From NCBI GenBank assembly GCA_043228905.1, contig JBHGNT010000005.1, forward strand, positions 9,362,001 through 9,426,000: a stretch of DNA of 64,000 nt. The letters are read 5' to 3'. Below the pieces are notes generated by a model. It saw only the letters and a list, made by a program, of their open reading frames with translations, was not told the origin of the DNA and did not search any database. Position 1 is the first letter of the stretch; each line of letters opens with the position of its first letter. Source of the DNA: Azolla caroliniana (taxonomy: Eukaryota > Plantae > Polypodiophyta). The translations under genes and the position numbers were made by a program. Positions 50,456 to 64,000 of the stretch are shown here, piece by piece.

Positions 50456-53400
50456 TACACTATAAATACAGAATGGTTCAGACAATCATATCAATGAGCT
50501 TTAATAAAGAATGTATGCAATAAATATGCCATATGGCTATCCAAAGAGCCTTCACTATGACCACTTGTAAACATTGAAACAAATACTGGTTGCAGAATAA
50601 GCTCCATTATAAAATCCTCTGTTAGGCTTCATATTGAGATCCATCATTTCCATTGATGTATCACAAGAGAAAATAACCATATCCTTAATAATGTATAGGT
50701 TACATGGACACAATACGTGGATTAAATCTCCTTCCAAAGATTGACCACTTTTCAAGTAAAGCTACACCTTGGGTTAGAAACAAACTAGCTGTTGGCACAA
50801 TCCGAGATAATTTATGCTCCCCCCTTGCACAACTAACATTAGGATTGTTCACCCCATCTGGTCCAGTAGGGTTTTGACACTCCCAGAATCGTATTTTGAT
50901 GAAGATTGTGTTCCTGATTGTCGATTTGGAGTACTTTTTTCACCGATTCAATCAAACTATTGATGTATGGTGAATGGCCATTCTATGTGCATACATACAT
51001 TCTTGTCTTTCAACATGAGAACAACCACATGTCAGATGCATGCCTTCATAATTCCCTTCCTTCACTAAATTGGGATGCCCATTGTAGCCAATTTACGATA
51101 TTCACAAGATTATCTCTTCATCTTATGTCCAAACTAACCAAAACACTCACTAATTTAGCCTTTCAAGGACATTAATTTGACCTTTCAAAGACTTTCAATT
51201 CTTAATCTCACAATGCCAAAGCATCGGCAGACGTATTGGAAATCCTAAATTCCACACATCAGTGATGATGGTGAAGTGGTTCACAAAACCCTAATATAAT
51301 AGATTATCTAGGTTTACCAATAGCAAAAACAAAACAAGAATTCCATTTGTAACATCATTCAAATGAAAGAAAGGAACACACATATCTCTCCTTCAGAATC
51401 TTCACAAGAAACACACACAGAATCTTCATATCTTACATGTAAAAATCAATTTCTTCTCTTGGCTATAATAGAGTACATATTCTTCTTTACTACTCTTCTC
51501 AAACACCCACATTTTTTTTCATTACAAGCGGAGGTTTAAAACCTTAAAAGAAACGGGTTGCAAACGAATCTGAAAAGAGAATCGAGTCACGGCGACCTTA
51601 CCTTTCCTGGAATGGATTGGCGATGGCGATGGCGATGGCGATGGGCCGAAGATGAAGATAAAAACAAGAGAAAACGAACACTCGCAGATTTTATGTTCTA
51701 TGTATTTCGAACGAAGCCCCTTAATCTATATACATATGTATATGTATAAGTTATAACAGTATATGTATGTGTGTGTATGTATAACAGTATATCAATATGT
51801 ATGCATGTGCGTATGTGTATGTAGGTATGTATGTGTGTATGTAGGTATGTATGTATGTTCTTATGTATGTGTGTGTGTGCACATAGTAGTTTCTTCCGTT
51901 CCTTTTTAATATATAAATTTCCTCCATCTTCTAGTTCGTTTTGTCATTTAATTAATAACCGGAAAGAGATCCCTAATATGTTTGCTAATCTCTTCCTTAC
52001 TTTATTGGGAATCTCAAATAAAGAAAGACAAAGTTGTTCTGCAAATGTATGTAAGACAAGCTCAACTCATGTTGATCCTACATAGGACCTTTGTGTATAT
52101 GTATGTTAAAAGACGACTCTAGTACATGAACATGACAACGTAACAATGTGGATTTCGATGAGATATATTATCATCATGGATGACCTTTCCAAATCTAGTA
52201 AAATGTATGGTCGTGGTGATTGTAGCTAAGTGACCAATCTAGGGGCATCATACCAACTTGGGTGGCTCACCTTCCTCCATAATATATATATGTATATGTA
52301 TATCCTTTGCGATATTATATAATATAGCCTCACTAATCACGAAGGTTTATAGGCGCCACTACTAGTCTCCATCAATGCAATAGCCATGTTCTTTTAGGGA
52401 TTCATCCGTCATTGTAATTGTTCTAATCATCATCATGGGATGATGAATCTATGCTCCAACCTTTCAAGCTTTGATCTTCTTGGAGCATTGGAGATGTCAC
52501 AAGATTGCTCTCCACCTCATTCTCATAATCATGAGGTATCCCACCAATGGGGTAGACACTAGTATTACATGAGCATCATTAGCATTGATGCAATTGGTAT
52601 TACCATTAGTCAAATATCATGACATTCACCTCATTGGTCATGTAATAAATATCATGAAATGGATATGCCTTGCAAACTAGATATAGATCATAAAAAATAT
52701 GTATACTTTGGAAATGAAAATTTGAAATGCCCTTTTTAGCATTTCTACTAGTGAATGTAATTTTGTTTTGTAATTTACGAAATCACTAAAACATTTGGTT
52801 GTACATGTGACAAGCTCCCATATGGAATTATGACTATTCTTTCATCTCTCATAATCTACTCTTTATTGCTTTTGTACTCTCATTCTTATCCCACAATCAT
52901 TGCAAATTCTCCTTTTTCTCAACCATGCAAGGTAAGTAACTGTATTCTGAATAAAGATCATAACAAGATCACTAGCATAATGGTCATGGCACAATTCTAT
53001 AGGTAAAGTTATATAAAAGGTTTGACCCGCATGTGATGATTTGTTACGCTTAATTGATATTAGAAATCAATTGTTCTATTATTAAGATATGACAAAACAG
53101 AACATTCAAAATGCAGTTCTCCATTAACGATGCACAAAGCAATGATTGTTACAACTCGAGACGTATTTGATTCTTACAATTACTAGTCACATACAACCTT
53201 TTTGAAATTGCTGTATTTACGTAGGTAACACCAATTTCTTATTTTCATCCACATCCACTAATCCTTTTTACTATCCTCTCACTGCAAAAAAATGGAGAAG
53301 AGGAAATATGCAGAAATTGCCACTACATAACCACCATTATATATTTTAAGCTAGTTAAATAACAGAGATGATAGATACAGTGCTCACGGAGTAACAAAAC

Positions 53401-53724
53401 TTGAGATGAGACTTCTTAGATATATATCTTACAGCCATTGGATATTATGCCTTTATCCTCTAAATGTCAACATAACTGTGACCCAAGAAAGAATATAATT
53501 AATCGGTTTCCACATCAGAAAACTATCTAAAACATTCACAGCAATAAAAAAGCTATACTACCAGCTGCAAATCAAATTTGATTCACAAAGCTAGTAGAAA
53601 CTATTTACACTTGAAGTAGAAGATATAAAATGTCATATATAATCAAGTTCTTCGAAGGAGAATGATCAGTAAAGCACAAATAAGGGAACCAACCGATCAA
53701 CCAATCTCAAATCGTGTGAAATTG

Positions 53725-56700
53725 CTAAAAGATGAAACGTCTTAATCGAGGCAGTGTAACAGATCCTGCACCAAACCCTTCGAGCACAACTCTTGCACCT
53801 GGAAACTCTGCCCTTGTAGTCAAGCTGTGTATTCAGAAACCAAGTATTATTACATATTTCCTTTCCTCTTATTCGAAAAAATCCATTAGAATTGCCACAT
53901 GGCTGAATTCTGCTGATGAAACATACCATACAAACAAGCACACAATGCAGAATTTATTACACATGAAAGGACATCCATAAACTATGTTTTTAGGTTTCTA
54001 CTACAACAAGTGCAGCAACATGCAGACTTTACTTTATAAAGGATATATCAAATATCCAAATGAGTAACACTCGTGTGCCCCATGGTCTCACAAATGTATA
54101 TGTCACCCATTATTGGTGCAACTCAAACACCACCTTGAGTGTATCTATTCCTTCTAGTGAGATATGGGGCTTACACAGCATATATGTGTACTATGAAATT
54201 TTGGTAAGTGTCGTTAGAAGATGCTGAAAGAAAATTTATCTTGTATTGCCATTCTATGACCGAATATAGCTTCAATTTCAACCTTCTGATACCGAAAACA
54301 TTCCAAAGTGGACAGCCTCTTGACAATTAGTCCGCTTAGTGGCTAGAGATTCTTAAAAGAGAATGTATGTTCTCACCTACTTTTAACAGCAACACAAGGC
54401 ATGCTAATACGTTGAGCAGCTTCAACTCCAGTATTTCCACCCGCCAATAGAATACAATTTTGAACTGGAACACCAGCGATTTCAGCTCCTGCTCGTAATG
54501 CAGCTATCGCTGTTTTGGAGCTAATCGCAAACATCATAAAAGAATATAAGGGTGGTAATGCAAACAATAATTCCTCCTTGTGTGCTGAAAAAGGATTGCT
54601 GAATGAACATGAAATGAATTTTAACAATGCTCACATTTTCACAAAACTATTGTCAACCTCGATGCTTATTTTCAAAATTGACGCCACCTCTTCTGCCAGC
54701 CGTTGCTTTTCTGCTGCCACTGCATACAAAATCAATGAAGTACTTAAATGACCAATAACTTCCTGCTTGAACAAGATTTCACAAACTAGTGCATTCAAAA
54801 CATGCTAACTCCAGCACAGATGGGTGATCCTAACTCTGCAAAGGCCAAAGGAACAGTAGATGTTCAACTTTAACCATGATTTTTATGACAAGTCAGTGAA
54901 GGAACTACAAATATTGATTACATTGGTCTATTGGATAAATAGATAGTCTAAAGAATTCAACAAGAAGGTATTTGCCAAGCAATGGTAGATTCACAGTGTA
55001 ATATCTAAAAGCAGTATTGATTTATCACTAAGGATCCATCATAAACGAAAGGAAAACTGTGTGGGAAAAATGAATCCCACCAAAAACCCAAGAATCTAAA
55101 TACTCTACAGTTCATACTTACAAAAGCACCGTCTACTGGACTGTACAGTGCTTGTCAGTCAGATGAACACCTACCAGCCTTGGCCGCCTCGAGGGCTAAT
55201 TCTTCATCTAAACCCATTGAAGACCCTGCACCCAGAACCACCTGCCCATATGCACTTCCCTCAACTTCCTTCTTGCCAACGAAGGCAATCCTTCTAGCCC
55301 GTTCTATCCCAAGCTTTTGAACTAAGGACCTGTTAAGATAATTCCTAAAAGGTTTATAACTCAAAGAGAAAATATGAAGTTTTTACCAAACTTATTGATT
55401 CTAATCATAAAGTTTCTAACCTTTCAATATCTTCTCCACTATTATTGTATGCAGCGAGGATTATAAGAGGCAAATTGGCATCAAGCACTTCATCTACAAA
55501 GCTGCACCTCAATGTCTGGTATTTATTAGCTATTGTTGCCTAGCTATACTCATGGAAACAAGAAAAATGAAGAAAACAATCAAACATTATAAAAACTTTT
55601 ATCAAACTATGCTCTAATATGTTACTCTTGACGGGATACCAAGCATTTATTTGTTATAAAAACTTTTCCATCTCTGGAGATGATCACTCTCATCTTTTTG
55701 AGTATGAGATTGAGATTGTGGTTAAGAAATGACATCAACCCATGAAAAAACTTTTCTCCTCAACATTTCCAGCTTAGGCTTAAATACTACTGCAACGTTT
55801 ATGGTAAATCACAATGAACCATTTAGACTGATGCGAGCAGGGTAGAAACTTTTAACTCTATGAAGATAATAATCGCATCTGTTATGCTTGGATGGCAAGA
55901 TGGAGAAGAGGCATTTGTCAAATTTCCCCTTTTGTCTCATGATCATGTTAGTCCAGTTAGGAGAGAGGATTTTGACTCGGAGCTTTAGCAGCATGTTGTG
56001 GATACAGCGCTCAAGGCTATCAAGAGTAATCAAACCCATTTATGGAGTCAGATGGATTTACAAAACTCAATACAAGGCTGATGGTTCTATGAGAAGCACA
56101 AGACAAATCTTGTGGCAAAGGGGGATTTCCAGTTCCATGGTACGGGATTGAGGAGCCCAATGGCACGAATGACCACTATCAGCACCATCTTAATTCTTAC
56201 AATTACTTATGGGTGGCTGGAGTTCCCGTGTCAAGAGTGTTTCTCAATGAGGAGTTGAAACAGTAGGTGTAGGTAATGCCAACACCCGGCTTCAGCATCT
56301 ATGGAAGGAGGATAAGTGCAACGCCAAAGAAAGCCTTGAGCTGTCTTACATTGGCATCCTTAGTGTGGGATCCAAATCTGAACACATATCTCAACCACTT
56401 ACAATTTGTTGAGTTTTAAAATTCGTTCATCTCTTTGTGTTTAGACCCCTTAACACTTGCTATTCTGAATCTGTATACATTTTCGAAGATCAAAGGCAAC
56501 CAGAAGCTTGCTTTTTTGAGAAATTTGGTGATTATCCTGGGAAAGAGACTATTGAAAACGGCCTTCAATAACCCAATAGATCAAGAAAACAAATACAGTT
56601 TTCATCCTTGAGCAACAACAAACCATTAACAGGTGGTGGGCCGCCGAGCTACAAGCTATACAGGGTGCAAAATAAGTAAAAAAAAAAAAGGGTGCAAACT

Positions 56701-58552
56701 CAAACTAGTTTCCAGCAGAATGGCTAGGCGAAATCTCTGTAAAGACTGGATAGCCAATCAACAAACTATACTGGGACCTTAAAGAAACCTCATAATCAAA
56801 CAAAAAGCTATTTATAACACTTATCCACAAGTAGAGGGTGAAGAGAAATACAACCTTTCAACTCCTGGGCGAAGAGATACACTGCCGTCAGCCACTCGCT
56901 CTTCTAATGCAGCTTTCTGAGAAATATAAGAATAGAAAATCAATAGGCATAGTATTCTACAGTCTCAATTAAAAATACGACGAGGCCAAGGCGCAAAAAT
57001 AGAGTATTTACATAGGATAAAGAAAGGAAACTATCTACTACTATCAGCAAACACATGAAAAAATAAGTTTTTCTATAGCATAATGAAATAGAATGAGCCT
57101 ACACCTTAAATATCGATCAATCTAAATGTTACGAGTGTCCTCATACCTTTTCTTGCATGATCTTTTGAATGAATGCATTATTTTGACCTGTAGGTAGTGC
57201 CACTGGCCAGCCAATCTAGATAAATAGCATAATATAAAGAAAGAAATTAAATCATCTTCAACACGTTACTACATTGCTAAAGGAATAGCTCACATGGATA
57301 TGGCATCAGAAATTTTCATATTGAGAGATTCATGCGTTTGAACGCCATACCTGATTAAAAAAGAGAGACAACATTTTTTCTTCACTACCCCCAGCCTGCC
57401 TGCATATTCATAATGTAATACCATATCAATCCTCTCATGGTTAAAAGCATTCTTTCAGAACCTCGAATGATAATATACCTTCTCAAATCTGAATATACTG
57501 GCTCTGACCAATTTGCACAATCCAATCCCAACTTCTGAAATGCTGCACGAATTTTCAGACCATGTTTAGAAACAGTGTTATAGAGATGAAAGAAATTGGC
57601 TGACAAGATCAAATCTTCAACCAATAATGAAGAAAAGAATCATGGTATATAGCCCACCTACATTAAAGGAGTGACGATGACCAAAGCGATGCATATCAGC
57701 CACAACACTACATGTTTTCCAAAATGTTAGCTTCCCTCCAGCACACATATACGCAATCACTAAGTAGCATATGAATATATGTCTTAAATCTTTGTAACCT
57801 TAATGTTGATGGTGAAAGTTCAGTGGAATTAGTTTGATGTTACACACATTACAAAAAAGTTAGGCTTAAGTTTATAGTTTGAGATCAATGACGCTAACAA
57901 TAGATTTGCTCCGAAGAATTACAGATTTTTACAAATTAATTTACACAACCCAAGGGGTTGAAAAAACAATAACATCAGCTTAATTATTAAAAAATCTTCA
58001 TATATCTTTACTTTGAGATCATGGATACTAACGATCATTTTTCTCCTAAGGTTTATGGTTTTTACAAATCACTTTCCACAACACAAAACACTAACCATGT
58101 CCTTAGGAGAAGAATGAAAAAAAAAACAGAAGTAGTGGTGCAAGGCCAAAATCAATATATATATATACGTACCCTTCCACTTCCATGAGAACTGCAAGCT
58201 GTTTATAGGTATTAGGAATTCCGTCTTCTTCTTCTTCTTCTTCTTCTTCGATTTCGTGTGTCTGTTTCCTTGCTTCTACTTCTTGTGTTTTACTCTTTTT
58301 TTCTTCTTCTTCTTTTTCTTGTGCCCGTTCATCTCCTTGTTGTTGCGAGAAGACGGTGCAGGGTCGCTGGCCATATCTCTTCTGCTTGGCCGTCGAATTG
58401 GAGGCAAGAAGTAAGGCATGTACACGAGCTCTGAATGGAGAAAAAGGAGAGTAGGAGGAAGAAGAAGAAGAAGAAGAAGAAGAGAGATGGCGAGGAAGGG
58501 AAGAGAGGGAGGACGTGCAGAAACAGAGGTGAGAAGTGACGGAAATCTCCAT
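53725..58552 (-). CDS. CbbY-like haloacid dehalogenase (HAD) hydrolase with plastid transit peptide, about 11 exons
   Basis: Ser-rich N-terminus; LAVLMEVEG|VVADMHRFGHR; AFQKLGLDCANWSEPVYSDL; IGWP; LRPGVE; ALRAGAEIAGVPVQNCILLAG; SLTTRAEFPGA...FIF*. Confidence 0.88.
56020..56340 (+). mobile_element. Copia RT relic inside a HAD gene intron
   Basis: GVRWIYKTQYKADGS; APMARMTTISTIL. Confidence 0.55.
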
Positions 58553-58711
58553 AGCTGCTGGAATCACCAAAAACATGTCCTCCTCAAAGGAGAATCTCTT
58601 TGCGACAGGCAAGCCATTCTCTGTGTAATCAATCTCTCTCTCAGAACTGATCCTCCTATTTCACTGGAATTACAAATCTGGCCCATCATAGTTTTCAAGT
58701 TACTTCATTCA

Positions 58712-58752
<41 letters not shown>

Positions 58753-58978
58753 GAGAGTGTGGCTCCCACACAAAAGATGATCGAATACAATGCATCATTT
58801 TACATAAGAAACCCGATGATCGGGTCGGCCCCCACACACACCACAGAAAATTTGATGATCACTTCTCTGGGGTGGTTGACCTTAGCTTCGTTCTGACACC
58901 CTTCACTCTCTCGGACACGTCCAAAACTGAACCCTTTCTCTTTGGACTAGATGCTATCTATCAATCCTATATATATGT

Positions 58979-59121
58979 GCTTCAATTCCCCTTTGTATAG
59001 AAAACACTCATGTCGAACAAGGATATTCGTTGACTGCCTGGGATTCGAATTTCTCTTCCATATATATAAGCTTCAATTCCCCTTTGTATAGAAAGCACTC
59101 ATGTCGAACAAGGATATTCGT
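58979..59121. repeat. Direct duplication of about 52 bp
   Basis: GCTTCAATTCCCCTTTGTATAGAAA(A/G)CACTCATGTCGAACAAGGATATTCGT at 58979 and 59070. Confidence 0.8.
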
Positions 59122-59349
59122 CGAATGCGTTGTAATAAAAAGGTCTTCCTCTCGTGGCTTCGAAGTAGCGTGTAGCATTTTCATGGGTGCCCATTATGAT
59201 CGATGAGTACTTGAAGGCCAATCTATTTGAAGTGTTTCTTCTATCGGTTCAAGTGGCTCATTAATGTAGCCTTCACAAGTGTATCCTTCAATTTAAAACT
59301 ATTGGCACCTAATTTACTATGACACGCATAAATATTCCACGAAAGTCAT

Positions 59350-59920
59350 AAGCTTTTGTACATCTTCAAAAATATCTTCTTTCATCACAAAATGCTTTGT
59401 TTGTAACAAAATTATGTTAAATATGTGTTTTCCCAATTGTAATGGTCCCTATAATGCCTTGTTGTACAAACCAGTCAACCAGTTGTTCTAATTAATCATG
59501 TTGTCACGTTGTGGCGTGTGTGAAGGAAAGAATGCGCAAAAAGTCACGATTTGTTATTGACCAAGAGTTTGGGCAAACTTATCATCATAAGAAAAAGTAA
59601 GAGAAGATAATTAGGACAATATATTTGACGCATTCTATTGTTTCAAATTGCTCCTAACAAGCATAACCTTCCCTTTGGAACCATTGACAATCAATTTATT
59701 GGGCACGTGAAAACATTCAAGAACACTCATAAACATTTATACATCTTCAAAAGTATTTTTTTCCAGCAGAAAATGATTTGTTTGTGATAAAATTATGTTG
59801 AACCCTTCTAATGCCTTGTTGTACAAACTAATCAAAGCATTTATTCTAAAGAATCATGTTGTTGTGGTGTGGCATGTGTGAAGGGAAGATAGCATGAAAA
59901 TGTCAAGTTTTACAATAGGT
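59350..59920. repeat. Diverged ~190-bp direct duplication
   Basis: TACATCTTCAAAA...AAAATTATGTT...AATGCCTTGTTGTACAAAC...AATCATGTTG...GTGTGAAGG at ~59359 and ~59740. Confidence 0.65.
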
Positions 59921-60699
59921 CAAGATCTTGTAAAATTATCCTCTGAAGATAACCAAAACGAATTCACAAAAAGTTACAGAACTTATGTTAGAGAAACCAA
60001 TGGTGATATTACAACTAAGAGCTAGTCATTGAAATGACAAGGTGAAGGGTTTGATGCACATTAAATATGATAAGGAAGGCATGTGGTCAATGTGAATTTG
60101 TTAATATACATTCCAAATTTGAATGTCATCCCTATGTAAAAGGGTTCAATTATTGGAACGCCCTCGTAAATTTGGTGTCTTTCCCCCTAAAACAATCTTA
60201 CACTATATGATTCATAACCACAAATATCCTTGTAATCTATTGGAAATTGCTTTAGTATCAACGTAACCGCCAATTTTATTTATGTATACATTTTTATAAG
60301 TTCAATTCTTGAGTGATCAATGCTCCACAAAAGAAGCCAAAACAAAAATAAACAAAAAACCCTTTGCGAAATCACCATCGAGTGATCTCATAAGCTCAAC
60401 ACAAAAATCATTCTTGTTTTGGCCCTCCACTAGTGAAACACTTGTTTTATTGTGTGACTTGCAAAGGCGTTCTTTTTGCGTAGGGTGAATAAGCCATTCG
60501 TCATCCCAATAGTTTATATATGTAAGGAGTGCCCAATAAGGCTCTCTTCAAGTAAACACATTTGTGTCCTCGTTGAACTTGGAAAGATGCTCTTTTGTAT
60601 GGGGTTGGACAAACTACCTATCACCCATTTTTCAAATTTACATCCGAAAAGCGATCATTGCTTAATTTGCTTTGTGGATTCTAACTGAGTTGGCAATAA

Positions 60700-61000
60700 G
60701 TGAACTTGACTTCAATAAAAACTAGAATTTAGGATTTATACAAAATTTGACATGCAACCAGATTTGAATCCACACCTCCAAACCTCCTGTTTCAATGATC
60801 TCCCATTTGAGTTATGTTCAATAATCCATAAATGTTGATCTACTTTCTCGATTCCACAAGAGTCATGAAGAAGTGAAGTCAACTTCAACCAAAACGGGCT
60901 TCAGGATTTATACTAAATTTGACATGCAACAATACATATTTGAACACTCACCTCCAACCTCTAGTTTTAGGGCTCTCCCATTTGAGTTGAGCTCAATAAT
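60700..61000 (-). repeat. Tandem pair of tRNA-derived SINE-like heads
   Basis: A-box-like AACTCAAATGG and B-box-like G(A/G)TTCAAAT in two ~170-bp diverged copies. Confidence 0.5.
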
Positions 61001-61071
61001 TCAAACTTGAACCACTATACAATAAAAGTTTTCATCCATGCATGTCAGGTGTGACTAACAATATTGTTAGC

Positions 61072-61552
61072 TGTTAATAATTAGCTAATTAACTAAGTGT
61101 TAATTAGTATCTAATTATGTGAATAGTTAATCACGTATGTGATTAAGCAGTAGAAGATTATGTGATGTGTGTGTGTGTGTGTATGTGAGAGGGAAAGAGA
61201 GAGAGGAAGTTACACTTATGAACAATAACATAAATGGGGGATGATTAACAAGAGTGCAGCTAAAGATCTTTCTCTATATTAATAAGTATCGAAGAACAAA
61301 GATACCCACAATGAGGTATATATACATCTCATGTGCAAGGGTGTACATGTGTGAGAAGAATATAGGTACAAGGGATGTAAGTCCTATATTCAATGAACTT
61401 GGTAGTGGAGGATCTAAAATGTATCCCCACTTAAGTACAAAATCCTATTTAAGGATTTAAGGTGAACACTTCTAACTAGATTCTAATTATGTAACTACTA
61501 AGTTACATGGTTGACTAAATAACTAAACCTAATTGAGCTTGATATCTCAACA
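61072..61552. mobile_element. Solo LTR (Copia-like) with 5-bp target-site duplication
   Basis: TGTTAAT...TCTCAACA flanked by TTAGC at 61067-61071 and 61553-61557; end TTGAGCTT...TCTCAACA resembles the LTR at 62333-62638. Confidence 0.85.
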
Positions 61553-62092
61553 TTAGCTATTTATCAGGCATCTCTTTGGTTAGTCGTCTTTGCCTCGTTG
61601 CTTGCAACAAACGACGAGGTCAATGCCAAGCCTCCTCATCACTTGACTATTAAGTTGGTTTGATGTCCCAAACTTAGGTTCAACGTTGGGCCTAAGGTTT
61701 AGACCTCTTGAGCCAAGGAAAAAGAGAAACAAACACACACTACCTAATTTACTTGTCCCCACACATACATAGCCTAGGGGAATATTACATTCCCAAAATT
61801 GCCCCTATACATAATGTAGTCATTCTTAAACTACCCTTTTTCTTGTTTCCTAAAGTCCCCCCTAATTATTAAAAGGAAATGCTTACTAAACCAAGCAAGC
61901 ACATATATACATAAACGCAAACACATACACATAATGCGACATTCTTACCTGCATGACACTTGCATACAAGTTTATATACATTTGCATACACATTTGCCAC
62001 AATACACATTGTACAACGACGTTTACACATAAACATACAAACTCACACATAGATTTACACCTATAAGTGCACACAATTTAGGTTCATATGCA

Positions 62093-62136
62093 TGTTTAGG
62101 GTTTAGGGTTTTACCAACCTAAACCCTAAACCCTAG
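62093..62136. repeat. Inverted telomere-like repeats
   Basis: GTTTAGGGTTTAGGGTTTT followed by AACCTAAACCCTAAACCCTAG. Confidence 0.65.
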
Positions 62137-62332
62137 ATTCTACTTTTGTGGATTTACCATCAAGCATACTCTGTCCACAAAACTTCATGACAGCTTTGGG
62201 GTATACATTTGACATCATTCAAACACACATGAACCTCTTACGAACATTGGAGAATGATGACCTTTGGAAATGTGTCATCCAATTATAACAGAGTGTTTCT
62301 TGGATGTCGTTGACACTAATGAGGACAATGTA

Positions 62333-64000
62333 TGTTAACAAGGAGAATATATAGTACAAAAATGTAACATTACAAGGAGCAACAACCGACACTATATGAA
62401 GTAGGAGGTGGGTGCTTTATATAAGGTCACCCTCTCTCTTCACCCACACTCTCTCTAGAGCTATAGAAGCTCATGGGTCATGGGGAATGTGGAAACTCAT
62501 TAGTTATGTTTCATAGAATATGATTCTATGACACATAGTTGATGTGCAGAGAGTAATGGTGACTTTTGACCTTTGAACGTTCATACATTCTCAAAGGTGT
62601 GTTCACACACTAGTCTAGGTTGAGCTTAATTCTCAACACGCACCCTCAAGCTCAACTTGGATTGGCTTCTTTCAGTTGATGTCCACTTCGGCTGGTGCCT
62701 GGTTCGGACGGTATCCAGTTCTCTCTTGTACTCCCCCTAAAGATTGACAAGTTAGGGATTGTCAATCCAAGGTTTGACATGAATTGTCGAAGCTTGTCGG
62801 CTCTTGGGGTTTTGGTGAAGATATTGGTTGTCTGAAAATTTGTGTTGATGTGTTGAAGGTCGACATCTCCAGCTTGAACGTGCTCTCGGATGAAGTGATA
62901 GTGCACTTCAATATGCTTTGTGCGCGCGTGGAACACCGGGTTCCAAGCCAGATAAATATTGCTCATGTTGTCGCAATAAAGGGGAGTCGGACCCTTGATG
63001 GGAACACCCAGATCCTTCAAGTTTCGCTTCAACCAAACGGTTTCACATGCAGTCACATTCGTGCCCATGTATTCAGCCTTTGTGCTCGAAAGAGCGATGG
63101 TTGGTTGCTTCTTGTGGATATTACTCCGCTGCCGAGGGAGAAAACAAATCCGGAGGTCGATTGGTGGTCGGCTCTGTAGCCGACCCAGTCGGCATCAGTG
63201 TACCCCTCGAGTCGAATTGGTGTGGCCGATTTGTAGAGAATGCCACAATCCATTGTGCCGTTCACATATCGTAACACTCGCTTAGCGCAATCCAAGGGAA
63301 TGTCAAGTGGCTTTTGCATGAATTGGCTAAGGAGACTGATCGGGTAGCTGAGGTCAAGTCGAGTAATTGTGAGATAGATGAGGCTCTTGATTAGTTGTCG
63401 ATACTGAGTCGGCTCGCACTCTTCTGTGCCGGAGTCGGTAGCTAGCTTCAGGTTCCGATCGAGAGGGGTTGCCACAGATTTACACTCAATCATCCCGAAC
63501 TTGTATAACAAGTTAAGGATGTAGTGTCGTTGAGAGATCATAATGCCGGTTGGAGTCTGAATTACCTCGATGCCGAGGAAGTAATGGAGCTCCTTCATGT
63601 CCACTAGATTTTCACCTCCAATGACCTTGTTGATGTCAACTAGATTTTCACCTCCAATGACTAGATCATCCACATATAGGATGATGACAATCGGACTTCC
63701 AGAATCGCTTCTTATGTAGAGGGATTGTTGGATTTCAACACTCTAAAGACGATTCGATGAAGATATTGTGTTATCTTCGAATGCCAAGCATGTGGTGCTT
63801 GCTTAAGGCCATAGAGTGGCTTCTTTAGTTGGCAGATTGATTTTGGATAGGTGCTTGATTCGAAGCCGGGTGGTTGTACCATGTACACCTCCTCTTCTAA
63901 TTCGCCTTGAAGAAAGACGTTCTTGACATCCATTTGATGGAGGTGCCACCCTTTCGCCGCTGCAAGTGCAAACACGGCCCACATAGTCGTCATCTTTGCC
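62333..64000 (-). mobile_element. Ty1/Copia 3' part: RT, RNase H, PPT and 3' LTR (62333-62638); runs off the window end
   Basis: HQMDVKNVFLQGELEEEVYMVQP; LYGLKQAP; YMDDL; GYTDADW; CDNMS; FHARTKHIEVHYHFIRE; PPT TTGAGGGTGCG before TGTTGAGA. Confidence 0.92.

Noticed and set aside
50768-50985. Possible extra coding exon of the 48903-50455 gene
   Set aside because: The frame compatible with the next exon contains a stop; at most a 5' UTR exon.

Overview
AT-rich plant nuclear DNA, probably from a seed-free plant such as a fern (inferred from the retroelement families, not proven). Five intact spliced genes: SERINC (-), PDI-like 2-3 (-), HIPP (+), a conserved plant protein of unknown function (-) and a CbbY-like HAD hydrolase (-). 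They lie between nested, mostly decayed LTR retrotransposons: 1-7.1 kb (Athila-like inside a chromovirus inside a Copia), 19-36.3 kb (fungal-type Gypsy elements plus an Athila-like element with a long extra ORF), 44.1-47.8 kb (two Copia 5' halves in inverted orientation) and 62.3-64 kb (Copia 3' end). Signals not visible in the ORF track: (1) a full-length U2 snRNA-like gene (~43276-43482, -) with U6/Pol III-type promoter spacing, G at +1, both oligo-U runs broken and an altered branch-point sequence, plus a second decayed U2 copy cut by a Copia; (2) a Tf1-type self-priming LTR; (3) Pol III-type modules (tRNA A/B boxes, USE+TATA) inside LTRs; (4) a G_GAU_UUU -1 frameshift signal between protease and RT; (5) a Copia fold-back that could produce siRNA. 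All calls were made by eye with no database searches, so boundaries of decayed elements are approximate.
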